A stretch of 64,000 nucleotides of DNA from Octopus sinensis (taxonomy: Eukaryota). The notes beneath the pieces are model-generated. The model saw nothing but the letters and a program-made list of their open reading frames with translations, was not told where the DNA came from and searched no databases. Shown piece by piece: positions 39,826 through 53,979 of this stretch. The position numbers were made by a program, and so were the translations under genes. Location of the stretch: contig NC_043004.1 in assembly GCF_006345805.1 (NCBI RefSeq), positions 57,846,001 through 57,910,000 of the forward strand, written 5' to 3'. Numbering within the stretch: the stretch's first letter is position 1; every line of letters begins with the position of its first letter.

Positions 39826-40221
39826 TATCATTTCTATTAACATTATTCTTATGACGGCAAACCATGAAAATCGTTGGCACGTCGAACAAAATGGTTTCCA
39901 ACATTTCTTTCTGAGATAAACGATTAAGTAAAGTACCAGTCAAATACTGCGGACTATATAATCGGTTAACCGGCTCTATCCAAAAGAACAAAAGTATACT
40001 GGCTCTGGGCCTAGGTTTGAAAGTATTGCAAAGGCGGCAAACTAGTTGGTCGGACAAAATGTTTAGCAGTGAAGTTAGTTATGCCTTTCATCCGTTCGGG
40101 CTCAATAACAATAAAGAACCAATCAAGCACTGTCTTGTTGCCATCCATCCCTCAAATATTGCTTGCCTTATTATTCTGTTTTTGTCCTTTATCTTTTCTT
40201 CTTCTCCTTAATATCAATATT

Positions 40222-40440
40222 AAGGCGATGAGCTGGCAGAACCGTTAGCACGCCGGGCGAAATGCTATGTGGTTTTTCGTCTGCCGTTACGCCCTGAGTT
40301 CAAATTCTGCGCCTTTCATCCTTACGGGGTCGATAAATTAAGTACCAGTTACGCACTGGGGTTGATGTAATCGACTTAATCCGTTTGTCTGTCCTTGTTT
40401 GTCCCTTCTATGTTTAGCCCCTTGTAGGTAATAAAGAAAC
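40222..40440 (+). mobile_element. SINE family B
   Basis: Homology to family B. Confidence 0.85.
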
Positions 40441-40851
40441 AAAATATTAGGGAGCTCAGTATCACACTGTGTATTACTGTCATCTCATCTTTTACAACTA
40501 TTTATTTAGAATTTTACCAAGTTCATTCTAAACTCATACTGCTTATGTATTTGTCACAACGAAGGAATTGATTCATCGCCAACGAAAATATTCGTTTATA
40601 TATTCTGTATTATATTTTAAAATCAACATCCTTCTTTCACTCCCCTCTTTCTCTCTTCACTTTCTCTCTTCACTTTCTCTCTTCACCTTCTCTCTTCACC
40701 TTCTAAACATATCACTGTTGGTTTTTCTTTCACTTGCTCGCTTTAAAATGCATTATTTTTAAAATTTACTTTTGAAGATTTAAAACAGTACATGTGTGTG
40801 CGTGTGTGAGCATGCGTGCATGAATGCGCGTGCATGTGTGTGTGTTTGTGT

Positions 40852-40895
<44 letters not shown>

Positions 40896-41379
40896 ATCTG
40901 TGTGTGTGTGTGTGTGTGTACGATGTAAGATTATAAAATTGCGCTGGTGGGAAATCATACTGTTCGCTTCAGTTTATAGTGGCCATAGACTATGCAAAAG
41001 AATTATACTGGACTATGGTTTAAAAGTTAAAGGCGTCATATTTTTGCAGCTGTTTACTGTTTCAAAATCATTTTGACTGCAGGTGTCTATATATTTTCCT
41101 TTTTTTTTTTAAGGCAATGAGACTTTTTTCCATTTTTCGTTTTCTTTCGTATATGAAATGTTATCTTTTAAATTTATATATGTAGTGTTTACGGTTTCCG
41201 AAAGTAGTGATTGGACATCAGAGACCGATAGAATAGATAGCAGGCTTGAAAATGGAAAATAATTACTGAGGTCAATACATTTGTCTAAAAATTCTCCAAG
41301 GTAGTGCACCAACATAGCTGCAGTCTAAAGACTGGAACAAATAGAAGATAAAAGACAGGTAGACAGACAGTCATATAGA

Positions 41380-41388
41380 CAGACAGAC

Positions 41389-41473
<85 letters not shown>

Positions 41474-41474
41474 C

Positions 41475-41560
<86 letters not shown>
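41380..41560 (+). repeat. (AGAT)n microsatellite
   Basis: Direct inspection. Confidence 0.95.
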
Positions 41561-41561
<1 letters not shown>

Positions 41562-41567
41562 TGTTTT

Positions 41568-41780
41568 CCACTATAAGTACGAGGCCTGAAATTTGGGAGA
41601 GGTAGGTGGTCGTTTCTCATCGAGACCCATGTTCGACTGGTACTTGTTTCATCAACCCTCAGAAGATGAAAAGACAAAGCCAGCCTCGATAGTATTTGAA
41701 CTCAGAACGTAAAAGACAGGTGAAATGCCGCTCATCATTTTGTCTGACGTGCTGACGATTCTGCAAGCTGGCCGCCTTTA
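41568..41780 (-). mobile_element. SINE family B
   Basis: Homology to family B. Confidence 0.75.
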
Positions 41781-42432
41781 CGTAGGCGTGCGCGCGTGTG
41801 AGAGAGAGAGCGCGCGTATATATGTATGTATGTACGCACATATGCATGCGTTTCGGTTAGTGTGCTATGTTGAAATGCAGCCTTATAATAATTAGACACA
41901 TCAACAAATGTACCAGCGTTATAAGACCGGACGAAGATGCAAAGTAAATACCTTACCCCGGTTGCCTAAAACAATTCCTTGAGTGCATTATCTGCCTTGA
42001 AAATAATATTTTTAGATGGACTTCCGCTGAAGCTTTTACTCAAATTCCCTGAGGCAATACTGGCGTTGTTTCTTAAATCTCTCTGTACGATATCTATTGA
42101 TACTTCTGAGGGAAAGTGGACCATCGTTCTTTAAAGACTACTGTGGTCGTTTGGAAACGTGCTTCGTAAACCTTTTCGGATATACTATGCGCTAGTATCA
42201 ATATTTTCATAAAAAATCATCCATCCGTTACTAACACTGTAAAGAATAATTTAATGTTTTTATTCATCTGTTATTTTCATAAAGTACGTTACTACATGTG
42301 CTTTAATACAATAATTATACATACACACGCATACACAAGCAAAATACACACACGCACACACCTCACAAACGCGCATATACTCACAGATATATACATACAC
42401 ACACATATATGCATTGTATGTCTGCATATATA

Positions 42433-42483
<51 letters not shown>

Positions 42484-42489
42484 ATATAT

Positions 42490-42529
<40 letters not shown>

Positions 42530-42600
42530 TAGATATAGATAGATAGATATTCATATATATAGATATAGATAGATAGATATACACATATATAGATATAGAT

Positions 42601-43118
<518 letters not shown>

Positions 43119-43152
43119 ATATATATAGATACATATATATATATATAGATAT

Positions 43153-43220
<68 letters not shown>

Positions 43221-43299
43221 ATACATACATACATACATATTAATAATAAAATAGCATAAAATCAGTAATAATTTTACCAGGTAGCCAGTAAATTTTACA

Positions 43300-43478
43300 A
43301 ATTATTTTATAATTATATACAAAATTATAACAAGGGGTCAGCATTATTCTTCGTCATGTACTGATTAGAAATAGAGTAAAGTAGTAAAAAGGACTTTAGT
43401 GTCTATTTCTAATCAGTACGTGGCGAAGTATAAAGCTGACCGCTTGTTATAATTATGTATATAATTATAAAATTATAT
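43300..43478. repeat. Imperfect palindrome without a recognisable hammerhead
   Basis: Arms ATAATTATATACAAAATTATAACAAG..GTACTGATTAGAAATAG and their inverse. Confidence 0.75.
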
Positions 43479-43539
43479 ATATATATATATGTGTGTGTAT
43501 GTATGTATATATATTCATATGTGTGTGTGTATCTATATA

Positions 43540-43695
43540 CACGACGGTCTTCCACAGATTTTCCGCCCAATAAATTCACTGGCAAGACATTGGTCTGTCA
43601 GGGGCTATAACAGAAGTCACTTGACTAAGGTACCGCGCAGCAATACAGAAACCCAAAATCACGTAGTCGTGAAGCGAGCTTCTTAACCATACCGG
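43540..43695 (-). mobile_element. Old family A-related SINE head
   Basis: Diverged homology. Confidence 0.55.
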
Positions 43696-44188
43696 TGCCG
43701 GTATCATTAAAGTTGCCAATCATATTTCTACTTCTATAATCCGATTCAGCGATGAAATAAAGTAGAGTCGATTGCCTGACGGTTTACAATAAATTTTTAT
43801 TCTTGAACGTCGAATCAGCCATAAAGACTTCCTCGCTCGTACAATGGAATTGTTTCCACCATTTCAAAAAGTTTTAACCATTGTAAGAGGAATAGCTATG
43901 CTACGGATGCAGCGCTAAGCTGAACCATCTGCTCGCCGAGAGCTCCCTAATTTCACAACTACGCACGCCAAATTAAGAATTTTACGCACAAATATTTGTA
44001 ACTATTTACTTTATTTCACACAATAAATATGCATCTGTATTTGTGTAACATTTATACATATATATACATATATATATGTACAAGTACATATATATATATA
44101 TATATATAATATTGATACATATATATGAACAAGTACATATATATATATATATATATATAAATATTGATACATATATATGTACAAGTAC

Positions 44189-44265
<77 letters not shown>

Positions 44266-44334
44266 GGAGTAAACACATAAATGTGAAACAAGGTGGAAAA
44301 AAGAGTACTCAAATACCAGTGGTAGAGTAATATG

Positions 44335-44534
44335 CTTTATTTTAAGCAGCAGAAAATTCAGCAAAATCTGTTACTCTGAGTTTCTCGTTGCCGTTCATCA
44401 GACAGTTTTTGCTAGAATGGAACTGATATATCAATTGATATATCAGTTCCATTCTAGCAAAAACTGTCTGATGAACGGCAACGAGAAACTCAGAGTAACA
44501 GATTTTGTTGAATTTTCTGCTGCTTAAAATAAAG
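44335..44534. mobile_element. Spacerless 200-bp palindrome carrying two hammerhead-like motifs
   Basis: Centre TCAA|TTGA at 44434/44435; one mismatch noted between the arms. Confidence 0.85.
44464..44501 (+). ncRNA. Type I hammerhead motif with weak stem II (mirror copy 44368-44405 minus)
   Basis: CTGT-CTGATGA-ACGGCAACGA-GAAA-CTCAGAG-TA-ACAG; extendable stem I, GUA triplet, A.A at the base of stem II. Confidence 0.6.
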
Positions 44535-44539
44535 TATAT

Positions 44540-44591
<52 letters not shown>

Positions 44592-45349
44592 TAAATATTG
44601 ATACATATATATGTACAAGTACATATATATATATATATATATACACAAGAATGGAGCAAAAGCACAAAACATCCAGACACACGATACAAAGAAAACAAGG
44701 ACGGGTCATTCGGAGTTTTCTTTCCTCAGTCAAATTCCAGATTATCTTTTCAATTTCGGCTTGTTATACTCAAGATTGCTCTAATCTGGCCATCCCCAAG
44801 AAAAAACTAAGCTAAGATCACTAGATTCCTTGGAAGAAACCAGCGAATGTATACGAAACATGGACGGGAAAAAAATCAAACGGAGAAATGGTACACAAAT
44901 ACAAATAACAGGACATTAATAACGGTTGTCTTTTGACTAAGGGCGAATTAAGCTGGCGTGTGTGGAAGTAAAACCTTACGGCAGGGACATACGATTTGAC
45001 AGGCACAGGGAGGAATATAGATATTGCACGGATGGTAGTCGAACCAAGAAAGAAGGATCAGGCTTGGCCGAACACTGGTCACGTGGGGGAGAGAATAGAG
45101 AGAGATGTACATTTAAACACAAAAGAAGCGACCCTTAACAGGCCGCCGACGGAAGATGGAATATACGAGAATTTATAAATCAAAACAGTCGATTACTCGT
45201 GAGAGATCAATGTGCCGAAATAATTGTGATTAATAAATTCTCGTATATTCCATCTTCCGTCTTTCATTTGCGATATACATAATGATCACTGAAAGTGACC
45301 GTGCTTTACCCAGTAAGCTATCAGGTGTAACCATTCGTCTTATTATGCA

Positions 45350-45394
<45 letters not shown>

Positions 45395-45395
<1 letters not shown>

Positions 45396-45790
45396 TCTTT
45401 TATTCTTTTACTTGTTTCAGTCATTTGACTGTGGCCATGCTGGAGCACCGCCTTTAGTCGAGCAAATCGACCCCGGGACTTATTCTTTGGAAGCCCAGTA
45501 CTTATTCTATCGGTCTCTTTTGCCGAACCGCAAAGTGACGGGGACATAAACACACCATCATCGGTTGTCAAGCAATGCTAGGGGGACTAACAGACACACA
45601 TACATACACGCACACACATATATATACATATATACGACGGGCTTCTTTCAGTTTCCGTCTACCAAATCCACTCACAAGGCTTTGGTCGGCCCAAGGCTAT
45701 AGTAGAAGACACTTGCGAAAGGTGCCACGCAGTGGGACTGAACCCGGAACCATGTAGTTGGTAAGCAAGCTACTTACCACACAGCCACGT
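45395..45790 (-). mobile_element. SINE family A
   Basis: Full-length homology. Confidence 0.9.
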
Positions 45791-45864
45791 ATAGAGGTGA
45801 AAATTTCGGATATATATATATATTTAACATTTTGCATTTACTTGTAATTGGCATGTGCATATTA

Positions 45865-46078
45865 AAGCGACAAGCTGATAAGCAGAATCGTTGATATGTC
45901 GTGTAAAATGTTCAACGGTTTCATGTTCTGAGTTCTGAGTTCAAATTCTGCCGAGGTCGATTTGCCTTTCATCCTTTTGGGATCGATAACATATGCACTA
46001 GTTGGTGACTGGGGTCGATGTAGTCGACTTACCTCGCAGTCCCGAAAATGCTGGCCTTGTGCCAAAATATGAAATCAA
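45865..46078 (+). mobile_element. SINE family B
   Basis: Homology to family B. Confidence 0.75.
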
Positions 46079-47128
46079 TGAAGTGCGTATTTGTGCAATC
46101 AAGGCGTATAAAAGTGGAGTCTATATGAAATCAGGGAGTTAATATATGATTTCTAATTATGTAGAGCACCTCTCTAAAGAAAATACTCTGTAACTTTGAA
46201 TTTTGAGAGCAACCCCACCTCACCCAGGAACCGGACGTAGTTTTGTTCGGCTTTACCAAATTTTTCTCAGCGGCCTTTGTGTGTACTTTAAAATATGTCA
46301 TATCGTTTGTATCCAAGTATCTATTTCGTTGTGTGGACATGAGTGTTGTGTATGAATGAATTACAAAGATTCTTGTATGTTTTATTCCATTGATAATGAT
46401 CTCATAAACAAAATGTAGACTTCGTCGAAACAGAGTCGTGTGTTAGGGTCATAAATACAAGCATCCATTCAACAAAAGCCACAGTTTACATATCCAAAAT
46501 GTCAGATGTTGCATTTAATCTCTTATTTGATCAGCATGTTACTATAAAATAACTTAATGAGATATACACGCCATAGAATCCCATCCATTAACAACTTGAC
46601 ATTTGGGGGCAGAGGGGGGAATTATTTAGGTCAATTTCTTTTAATCACGTTATTTCAACACGGGCCTTAATATATTCAGATATTTAATTTACCCTAATCA
46701 TGTGATTGATTAAGATCATTAGCAGAGTATGCTTTATTTTGTATTTCTTTCTCTTTTGAGTTGTTTTTTTTTCTAATAATTGATCAAAATGAAATTACTG
46801 TTTTAATGAAAATGTCTACACATATATATAGATATAGATATTAGTATGTATATATGTGTGTGCGTGTATGTGTGTGTGTGTGTGTCAGTCTGTCTCTGTA
46901 TGTGTACACGTATGTATATCAAAATACATATATATGACATATTTATATATATATATTTGAAAATATGTGTGTGTATAATAGTTTAACTATTATAGAAAAT
47001 TTGTGGATTATATTCTCACATGCGAATCTAGGTGAAGGTGGTGTGGAGACGGGTAATTATAATGTATTAAGGAGAACCGTTAATTTTCAGTTCATTGATT
47101 ATTGTTTACTTTAACCTTATTTTCTATA

Positions 47129-47524
47129 CTAGCAGTATCGCCAGGCATTGCTCGGGTTTGTAAGGGAAATAACTATATAAGCATTTTTAGAGATGTAACG
47201 TATAATAGCCATCTCAATATGGCTAACCACAAAGGGGGTAGGGTTACTGTAGCTTTTTACGTTCTGAGATTTAATAATAAATTTTTAGGGAGTTACTTCC
47301 CTTATATATGCCAAAAATGCATTAAAAATGGGAAAAATTGATGGTAATTTTTTTTTAAATCGTAGACTCATCGTAGACGCGCGCTAATACCCAGAAGGGC
47401 TCGATATGAATTACGACTATAAGATACCCTGTTTTGGTTAAACTGCCCCGCAAAATGTGGGAGTAGTTAGGAATCTAAATCGTAGGAGACAGACAGCACA
47501 CAACCCCACTTTTATATATAAAGA
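47129..47524 (-). mobile_element. Non-autonomous Helitron-like element
   Basis: Minus strand starts TCTTTATATATAAAAG, ends with a GC-rich subterminal hairpin then CTAG, between A and T, no TSD. Confidence 0.7.
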
Positions 47525-47587
47525 TTATTCATCCATGAAGATCACTGAATTGGTAGAGTAATGCATAAAATGTTTCGAGATGTTTCA

Positions 47588-47967
47588 GGCGCAGGAGTGG
47601 CTGTGTAGTAAGTACCTTGCTTGCCAACCACATGGTTCCGGGTTCAGTCCTACTGCATGGCACCTTAAGCAAGTGTCTTCTACTATAGTCTCGGGGCGAC
47701 CAAAGCCTTGTGAGTGGATTTGATAGACGGAAACTGTATATATATATATGTGTGTGTGTGTGCTGTGTTTATCCCCCTCAACGTCGCTTGACAATCGAAG
47801 CTAGTGTGTTTACGTCCCCGTAACTTAGCGGTTCGGCAAAAGAAACTGATAGAATACGTACTAGGCTTATAAAGAATAAGTCCTGGGGTCGATTTGCTCG
47901 ACTAAAGGCGGTGCTCCAGCATGGCCGCAGTCAAATGACTGAAACAAGTAAAAGAGTAAAAGAGTAA
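47588..47967 (+). mobile_element. SINE family A
   Basis: Full-length homology. Confidence 0.9.
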
Positions 47968-48176
47968 ATACTTCTTACGCATTCCACATTTTGGATACCG
48001 CTGAAGTCGATTTTGTCTTTTTATTTTTCTCTATGCTCGATAAGATTTAAGTACCAGTCAGATGTTTGGCCCATAAAATTGACTGCCCTCTTAATATCTG
48101 TGTGTCTCGATGTAGCGTGAAGACCTCATGGAACTTCATACAGTCATCAGTTTCCCAGTCGATGCTTATATCAACT

Positions 48177-48564
48177 GGATGGAAGCACTCCGTCGGTTAC
48201 GACGACGAGGGTTCCGGTTGATCCGAATCAACGGAACAGCCTGCTCGTGAAATTAACGTGTAAGTGGCTGAACACTCCACAGACACGTGTACCCTTAACG
48301 TAGTTCTCGGGGATATTCAGCGTGACACAGAGAGTGACAAGGCCGGCCCTTTGAAATACAGGTACAACAGAAACAGGAAGTAAGAGTGAGAGAAAGTTGT
48401 GGTGAAAGAGTACAGCAGGGATCACCACCATCCCCTGCCGGAGCCTCGTCGAGCTTTAGGTGTTTTCGCTCAATAAACACTCACAAACGCCCGGTCTGGG
48501 AATCGAAACCGCGATCCTACGACCGCGAGTCCGCTGCCCTAACCACTGGGCCATTGCGCCTCCA
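48177..48564 (-). mobile_element. tRNA-derived SINE family D with 12-bp TSD
   Basis: TSD CTTATATCAACT at 48165-48176 and 48565-48576; head with TGGCCCAGTGG and GGTTTCGATTCCC boxes. Confidence 0.9.
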
Positions 48565-48730
48565 CTTATATCAACTAAGAACGCTCATTAGCAAAAGGCA
48601 CGCGTACACGCACATGTACATGCCCCTCTGATGTGTGTGTCTGTGTTTATGTGTGTGTGTGTGTTTTGTGTGCGTGTATGTGTCCATATACAAATATGTA
48701 TCATAATGGATATCCGACATTTCACAGCTA

Positions 48731-50001
48731 TTAAGTTGTCAAGAAAGTTATTGCGGTTTTTAACCTTTAAATTCACATATCTCGTCTCATACAAACTTTA
48801 TCAATCGAAATAAACACCGTTAGAATCAACACACTTTTGCCAACGCGAAACAAGTTTCTTTATGCCAGTAGCGAAGAAAACCTGCGTTCTGGTAGCGATG
48901 AAGTCGTTGAAGGCGTGTTTGGCATCGTCTTGGTTTTTGAAGCATTTCTCACACAGGAAGTTTTCGAGTTGCTTGAAAAGTGGTAGGCGAGAGGTCTGGT
49001 GAGTATGGAGGATGAGGCAGAGTTTCGTAGCCCAATTCGTTCAACTTCTGCAGGGTTAGTTGTGCGACGAGCTGCTGAGCGTTGTCGTGGAGAAGAATTG
49101 GTCCTTTTCTATTGACCAATGCTGGCTGTAGTTGATGTTGGAGTTTCTTATGCATTTCATCCATTTGCTGACAGCACCTTTCCGCCGTAATGGTTTCAAC
49201 TGGATCCAAAAAGCTGTGATGGATGAGACCGGCCGCAGACCACCAAACAGTCACTATGACCCTCTTTTGATGCAACTTTGGCTTCGGGAAGTTCCGTGGA
49301 GCTTCATCGGCGTCCAACCACTGAGCTGAGCGTTACCGGTTATCGTAAAGAATCCACTTTTCATCGCAAATCACAATCCGGTCGAGAAACGGGTCGTTCT
49401 TGTTGCGTAAAAGAAGTCAAGACGACACTTCAAAACGGCGTTTTTTTGGCGGGGAGGGTTGTTGTCGTCCATTTCTGAAGTATTTTTGTTTTTCCAATCT
49501 CTTTCAAGTGGTTGAAAATTGTCGTATACGTTACGTCTAATTCAGAAGCAAGCTCTTGAACAGTTGTGTGTAGATTGGCTTCGACTAAGGCTCTTAGTTG
49601 ATCGTTGTCAACATCCGATGACTAACCACTACGCTTATCATCTTCAAGAGTCTCGTCACCGCTACGAAATTTCTTGAACTACCATTGTGCTGTACGCTCA
49701 ATAGTGGTTCTTGGGCCAAATTCATCGTTGATATCGCGAATTGTTTCAGCAGCTTTTCGGCCTAGCTTGAACTGGAATAAGAAAATTGTGCGAATTTGCT
49801 TTATATCCATGTTGTATTCAACGTTCCGGGAAAAAATTGCCTAATTATTCAAAAAGAAAAAGAGTAACACGATTAGCTAAAGCGAAAAATGGGCTTTAAT
49901 ATGATATATAACGTCCATGTAATTTTACGAAAATTAATTTGAAAATACATCATTTAAAAACCAAAATTAAAAATTCTGCAAGAACTTTCTTGACAACCTA
50001 A
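48731..50001 (-). mobile_element. Full-length mariner, cecropia subfamily (Hsmar1-like), decayed
   Basis: TIRs TTA(A/G)GTTGTCAAGAAAGTT(A/C)TTGC, TA on both sides, 1271 bp. Confidence 0.92.
48799..49810 (-). pseudogene. Mariner transposase pseudogene
   Basis: MDIKQIRTIFLFQFKLG.. with stops; VTVWWSAAGLIHHSFL..GPILLHDNA..LPHPPYSPDLSPT closely matches the Hsmar1/SETMAR transposase domain as I recall it. Confidence 0.9.
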
Positions 50002-50189
50002 TAAATCACATTTTCCAGAATTAGCTTATATGTATGTGGGCATTTTACAGATATGTAAGTCAGAGTGACTGTGTGACAATTGCCTCTTTTGCAATACATG
50101 TACAATCCACTTCACCGGCTTCTATACAGATTTTACTATTTCTAAACTCATGTATATTTCTAAACTATTTCTAAATTCATATATATTAG

Positions 50190-50590
50190 GGCGGTGTGCT
50201 GGCAGAATCGTTACCGCAGATGGCAAAATGCTAAGCAGCATTTCATCCAACTTTAGGTTCTGTGTTCGAATTCCGCCAAGATCGACTTTACCTTTCATCC
50301 TTTCGTGTCCTTGAGCTTAGATATTTTCCTCACAAATACATGAATCCGATTGAGTGCCACAGCAAGTGTCTTCTACCATAACCTCGAGCTAACCAAAGCC
50401 TTTGCAGTAGGTTAGGTACGTGGAAGCTGAAAGAAGGCTTTACAATCATTGTTGATGTGTCTCGGCAAAATAGACCGATCGAAAAAGTATCGGTCTTTAC
50501 ACTTGTAAGTCCTGAACAGGATAAGTTCGACAAAAATTCTTCAAGGCAGTGCCCCAACATGGCTGCAGCTTAATAACTGAAACAAGTAAA
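50190..50590 (+). mobile_element. SINE B head followed by an old family A-related body
   Basis: Homology to both families. Confidence 0.65.
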
Positions 50591-50689
50591 AGATATATAC
50601 CTCTCTGGTGAGCAGCTGATGAGCAACTTTTGAATATTTTCTTATAGGTTGAAGAGTTCTGAGTTTTGAAGAGTTTCGGAGTTTCGTTA

Positions 50690-50780
50690 AATAAAAGCTT
50701 TTCTTGTAGGAACCGTAAACTTTCCTACATACAAATGATACAAATTCCACACCATCTTAAAGATTATATTGATTGCCTGT
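50690..50780 (-). pseudogene. Possible decayed GIY-YIG endonuclease fragment (PLE-type)
   Basis: Translates AINIIFKMVWNLYHLYVGKFTVPTRKAFI*, resembling NxIYxxxCxxCxxxYVGxT. Confidence 0.25.
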
Positions 50781-51339
50781 CACTAAAACTATTTTATATC
50801 TTGATACAAAGCCTAGTTAAAGGGTGTTAGCTTCGAAAATTCGTTTACCAGTTTCGACATCTTATACGTTACAAAAATCATTATTTTTTAACTGCACAAA
50901 TCCCTGTTTTCCTTCATCTCTGCATAAATATCCAATATTGTATTTAAACAATATCATTCAATTATATCTATTAATACGGTTATTACATTTATATTTACTT
51001 TTTAAAATTTATTTACTAATGATTTCAGATGTCTGTTGAAATCAGATTCCATCACTTGCCAATATTGTGATAATACGGAGTAAGTTTAACCTACATAGAT
51101 TCTTATCGCTAACGAACAACTTGAAAAAATGTATGCAGGTGAAATGTATGGTATCTGCAAAATATCAGAAAATGTCAAAAGGCCGTTCAATAAGCAATTT
51201 CAATGTGCACTACATACATGCATAGATATATGCATGACATACATACCACATCTTAACCACATACATACACACACACGCATATTTTATATATATATATACA
51301 TATATATAGACATTCACACACATATCTATTTCTATTTCT

Positions 51340-51732
51340 ATTTTACTTGTTTCAGTCATTTGACTGCGGCCATGCTGGAGCATCGCCTTTAGTCGAGCAA
51401 ATCGATCCCTGGACTTATTCTTTGTAATCCCAGTACTTATTCTATCGGTCTCTTTTGCCGAACCGCTAAGTGACGGGGACGTAACCACACCAGCATTGGT
51501 TGTCAAGCAATGCTACGGGGACAAACACACACACACAAACACATACACACACACTTATATATATACATATATATGACAGGCTTCTGTCAGTTTCCGTCTA
51601 CCAAATCCACTCACAAGGCATTGGTCGGCCTGGGGCTATAGCAGAAGACACTTGCCCAAGATGCCATGCAGTGGGACTGAACCCGGAACCATGTGGTTTG
51701 TAAGCAAGCTACTTACCACACAGCCACTCCTG
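51340..51732 (-). mobile_element. SINE family A
   Basis: Full-length homology. Confidence 0.9.
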
Positions 51733-51760
51733 TATGTATGTATGTATGTATGTATGTATG

Positions 51761-51791
<31 letters not shown>

Positions 51792-52610
51792 GCACGCATT
51801 CAAAATCATTTCGGACACCCAAGGGACCTGATATTTATGCATAAACCCGGTAAGCAGATTGTTATGGTTACAGAACCAAAAAGAAGAAAAGAAGAATCAT
51901 TAAAGAAAGAAAGAAAGAAACAGAAGCATTAGAGAATTTCAACAATGACTGGAATATCAACAAGCAGTCGCTACAATGAATATCATAAATATATAATAAC
52001 TAGCGGGACCCATGAATATTTCATGGAATTAATGGTAAACTTATCGGGTTACTTCAGAAAACCTTATTAAAAAAACCTGAAAACGGAGCCTGTGGTGTGT
52101 CTATATCAAAAGATAGTCGCTCATCTGCAAATCATTGCAAAGAGAAGGAAACTGGTATACGAAAATTGCTTAATGCACTTTATATATACGTTTTATATCC
52201 TTTATGCATAATTTTATAGATTTAATATACTGCACTCTCTCTCTTTCTTTCTGACCCTACGACATACCCTTTTTTTTTTACTCATTCATTTTTCTTTCGC
52301 TCTTCGCCTTTCCTTTCAACTAATCACGTGAAAGCGTTACAGACGGGCTAAGTAACGAAGAACAAAAACTTAATTTTTAAAATTACACATTTCACACATC
52401 ATAACCTCCCTCTCACATCCCCTGTCTATTCCCTATATCTCCTTCTCCTGTTCCTTCCCTGTCTCCCCTCACCTCCCTAGATCCTGCCCACCTCACATCC
52501 CTCCTCTCCCCCTTCAACTAATCTCTTGGAAGCGTTACGAACGGGCTAAGTAACAGAGTACCAAGCAGAATTATATGCTTCTTTCTTATATAGGCACAAA
52601 GCCTGGAAAT

Positions 52611-52889
52611 ACAGTTCTATATTTAACAGATGTGGAATTATGTGCATTAGTTACATTATTTACATTATTTACATTCAACCGATATTTGTCCTCATCTTGT
52701 TTGTTGTAAACACAACGTTTCGGCTGATATACCCGCCCCCAGCCTTCTTTAGGAATGAAAACCCATGTTCAAAATTTCCCCAAGATAGCTGAAGAAGACT
52801 GGAAGGTATATCAGCTGAAAGGTTGCGTTAATAACAAACAAGATGAGGAAAAATATCCGTCGAATGTAAATAATGTAAATAATGCACAA
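52611..52889. mobile_element. Head-to-head dimer of family C tails
   Basis: Minus copy truncated within the hammerhead core, fused at ~52750 to a plus copy with decayed hammerhead. Confidence 0.75.
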
Positions 52890-52894
52890 AGCCA

Positions 52895-53092
52895 GATATT
52901 TTTCTCGCGGGGGTGGAATAGTCGATTACAACTACCCTAATGCTCAACTGGTACTTATATTATCGAACTAGAAAGGATGAAACGCAAAATCGACCTCAGT
53001 GAAATTTGAACTCAGAATTTAAAGCCGGAAGAAATGGCGCCTAGCATTTATCCGGCATGTTAACTAAACAATTCTGGCAATTCGCCGACCTA
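52895..53092 (-). mobile_element. SINE family B
   Basis: Homology to family B. Confidence 0.7.
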
Positions 53093-53564
53093 ACATTGTC
53101 AATGAATAATAAATGCAATACATTAAATGAATTGAAACAATGGGAATTGAAGTCTCTTCAAGTTAAAAGTAAGAATAAAATATCAACTATGATTCATGTA
53201 TAATTAATATTACACATTGACCGCTTTTTGTGCCTTTGTTTAAGTTCAAAATTATTTATTTAAAATGATGATTGGTTACTGCACTTTTTTTGTGTACATT
53301 CACTCGTTTCAACGTTTTTCTTCTTGTCCTTTTCTCTTCTGAAGTGCAATAGTATAAGTTCCTTCCTCTTACAGGAGAAAATCAGACTCAGGTTGCTTCC
53401 TGATTTTATCTGAATGAAACTGCCCACAGTATTTAAATATATATATATATATTATTTCAAGCATATAGATATCTCTTAAAAGAATGTCAGCTTGCAAGTT
53501 CCCCAGTTTTATCCAGTATATCAGTGAAATACTAAAAGATGCTAGCTTCACATTCGTGTGTATA

Positions 53565-53960
53565 CTCTTTACTCTTTTACTTGTTTCAGTCATTTGACTT
53601 CGGTCATGCTGGAGCACCGCCTTTAGTCGAGCAACTCGACCCCGGGACTTATTCTATGTAAGCCCAGTACTTATTCTATCGGTCTCTTTTGCCGAACTGC
53701 TAATTAACGGGGACATAAACACACCAGCATCGGTTGTCAAGCAATGCTAGGGGACAAGCACAGGCACACAAGCATACACGCATATATATATATATATACA
53801 TATATACGACAGGCTTCTTTCAGTTTCCGTCTACCAAATCCACTCACAAGGCATTGGTCGGCCCGGAGCTATAGCAGAAGACACTTGCCCAAGATGCCAC
53901 GCAGTGGGACTGATCCCGGAACCATGTAGTTGGTAAACAAACTACTTACCACTCCTGCAC
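53565..53960 (-). mobile_element. SINE family A
   Basis: Full-length homology. Confidence 0.9.
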
Positions 53961-53979
53961 CTATAGATGGGTATGTTAC

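Noticed and set aside
41957-42236. Minus-strand 280-nt stretch with good acceptor and GTAAGG donor
   Set aside because: All three frames contain stops; at most a non-coding exon, unsupported.
51990-52220. Second Helitron-like element (CTAG end with CCATGAA/TTCATGG hairpin)
   Set aside because: The 5' TC terminus cannot be placed confidently.
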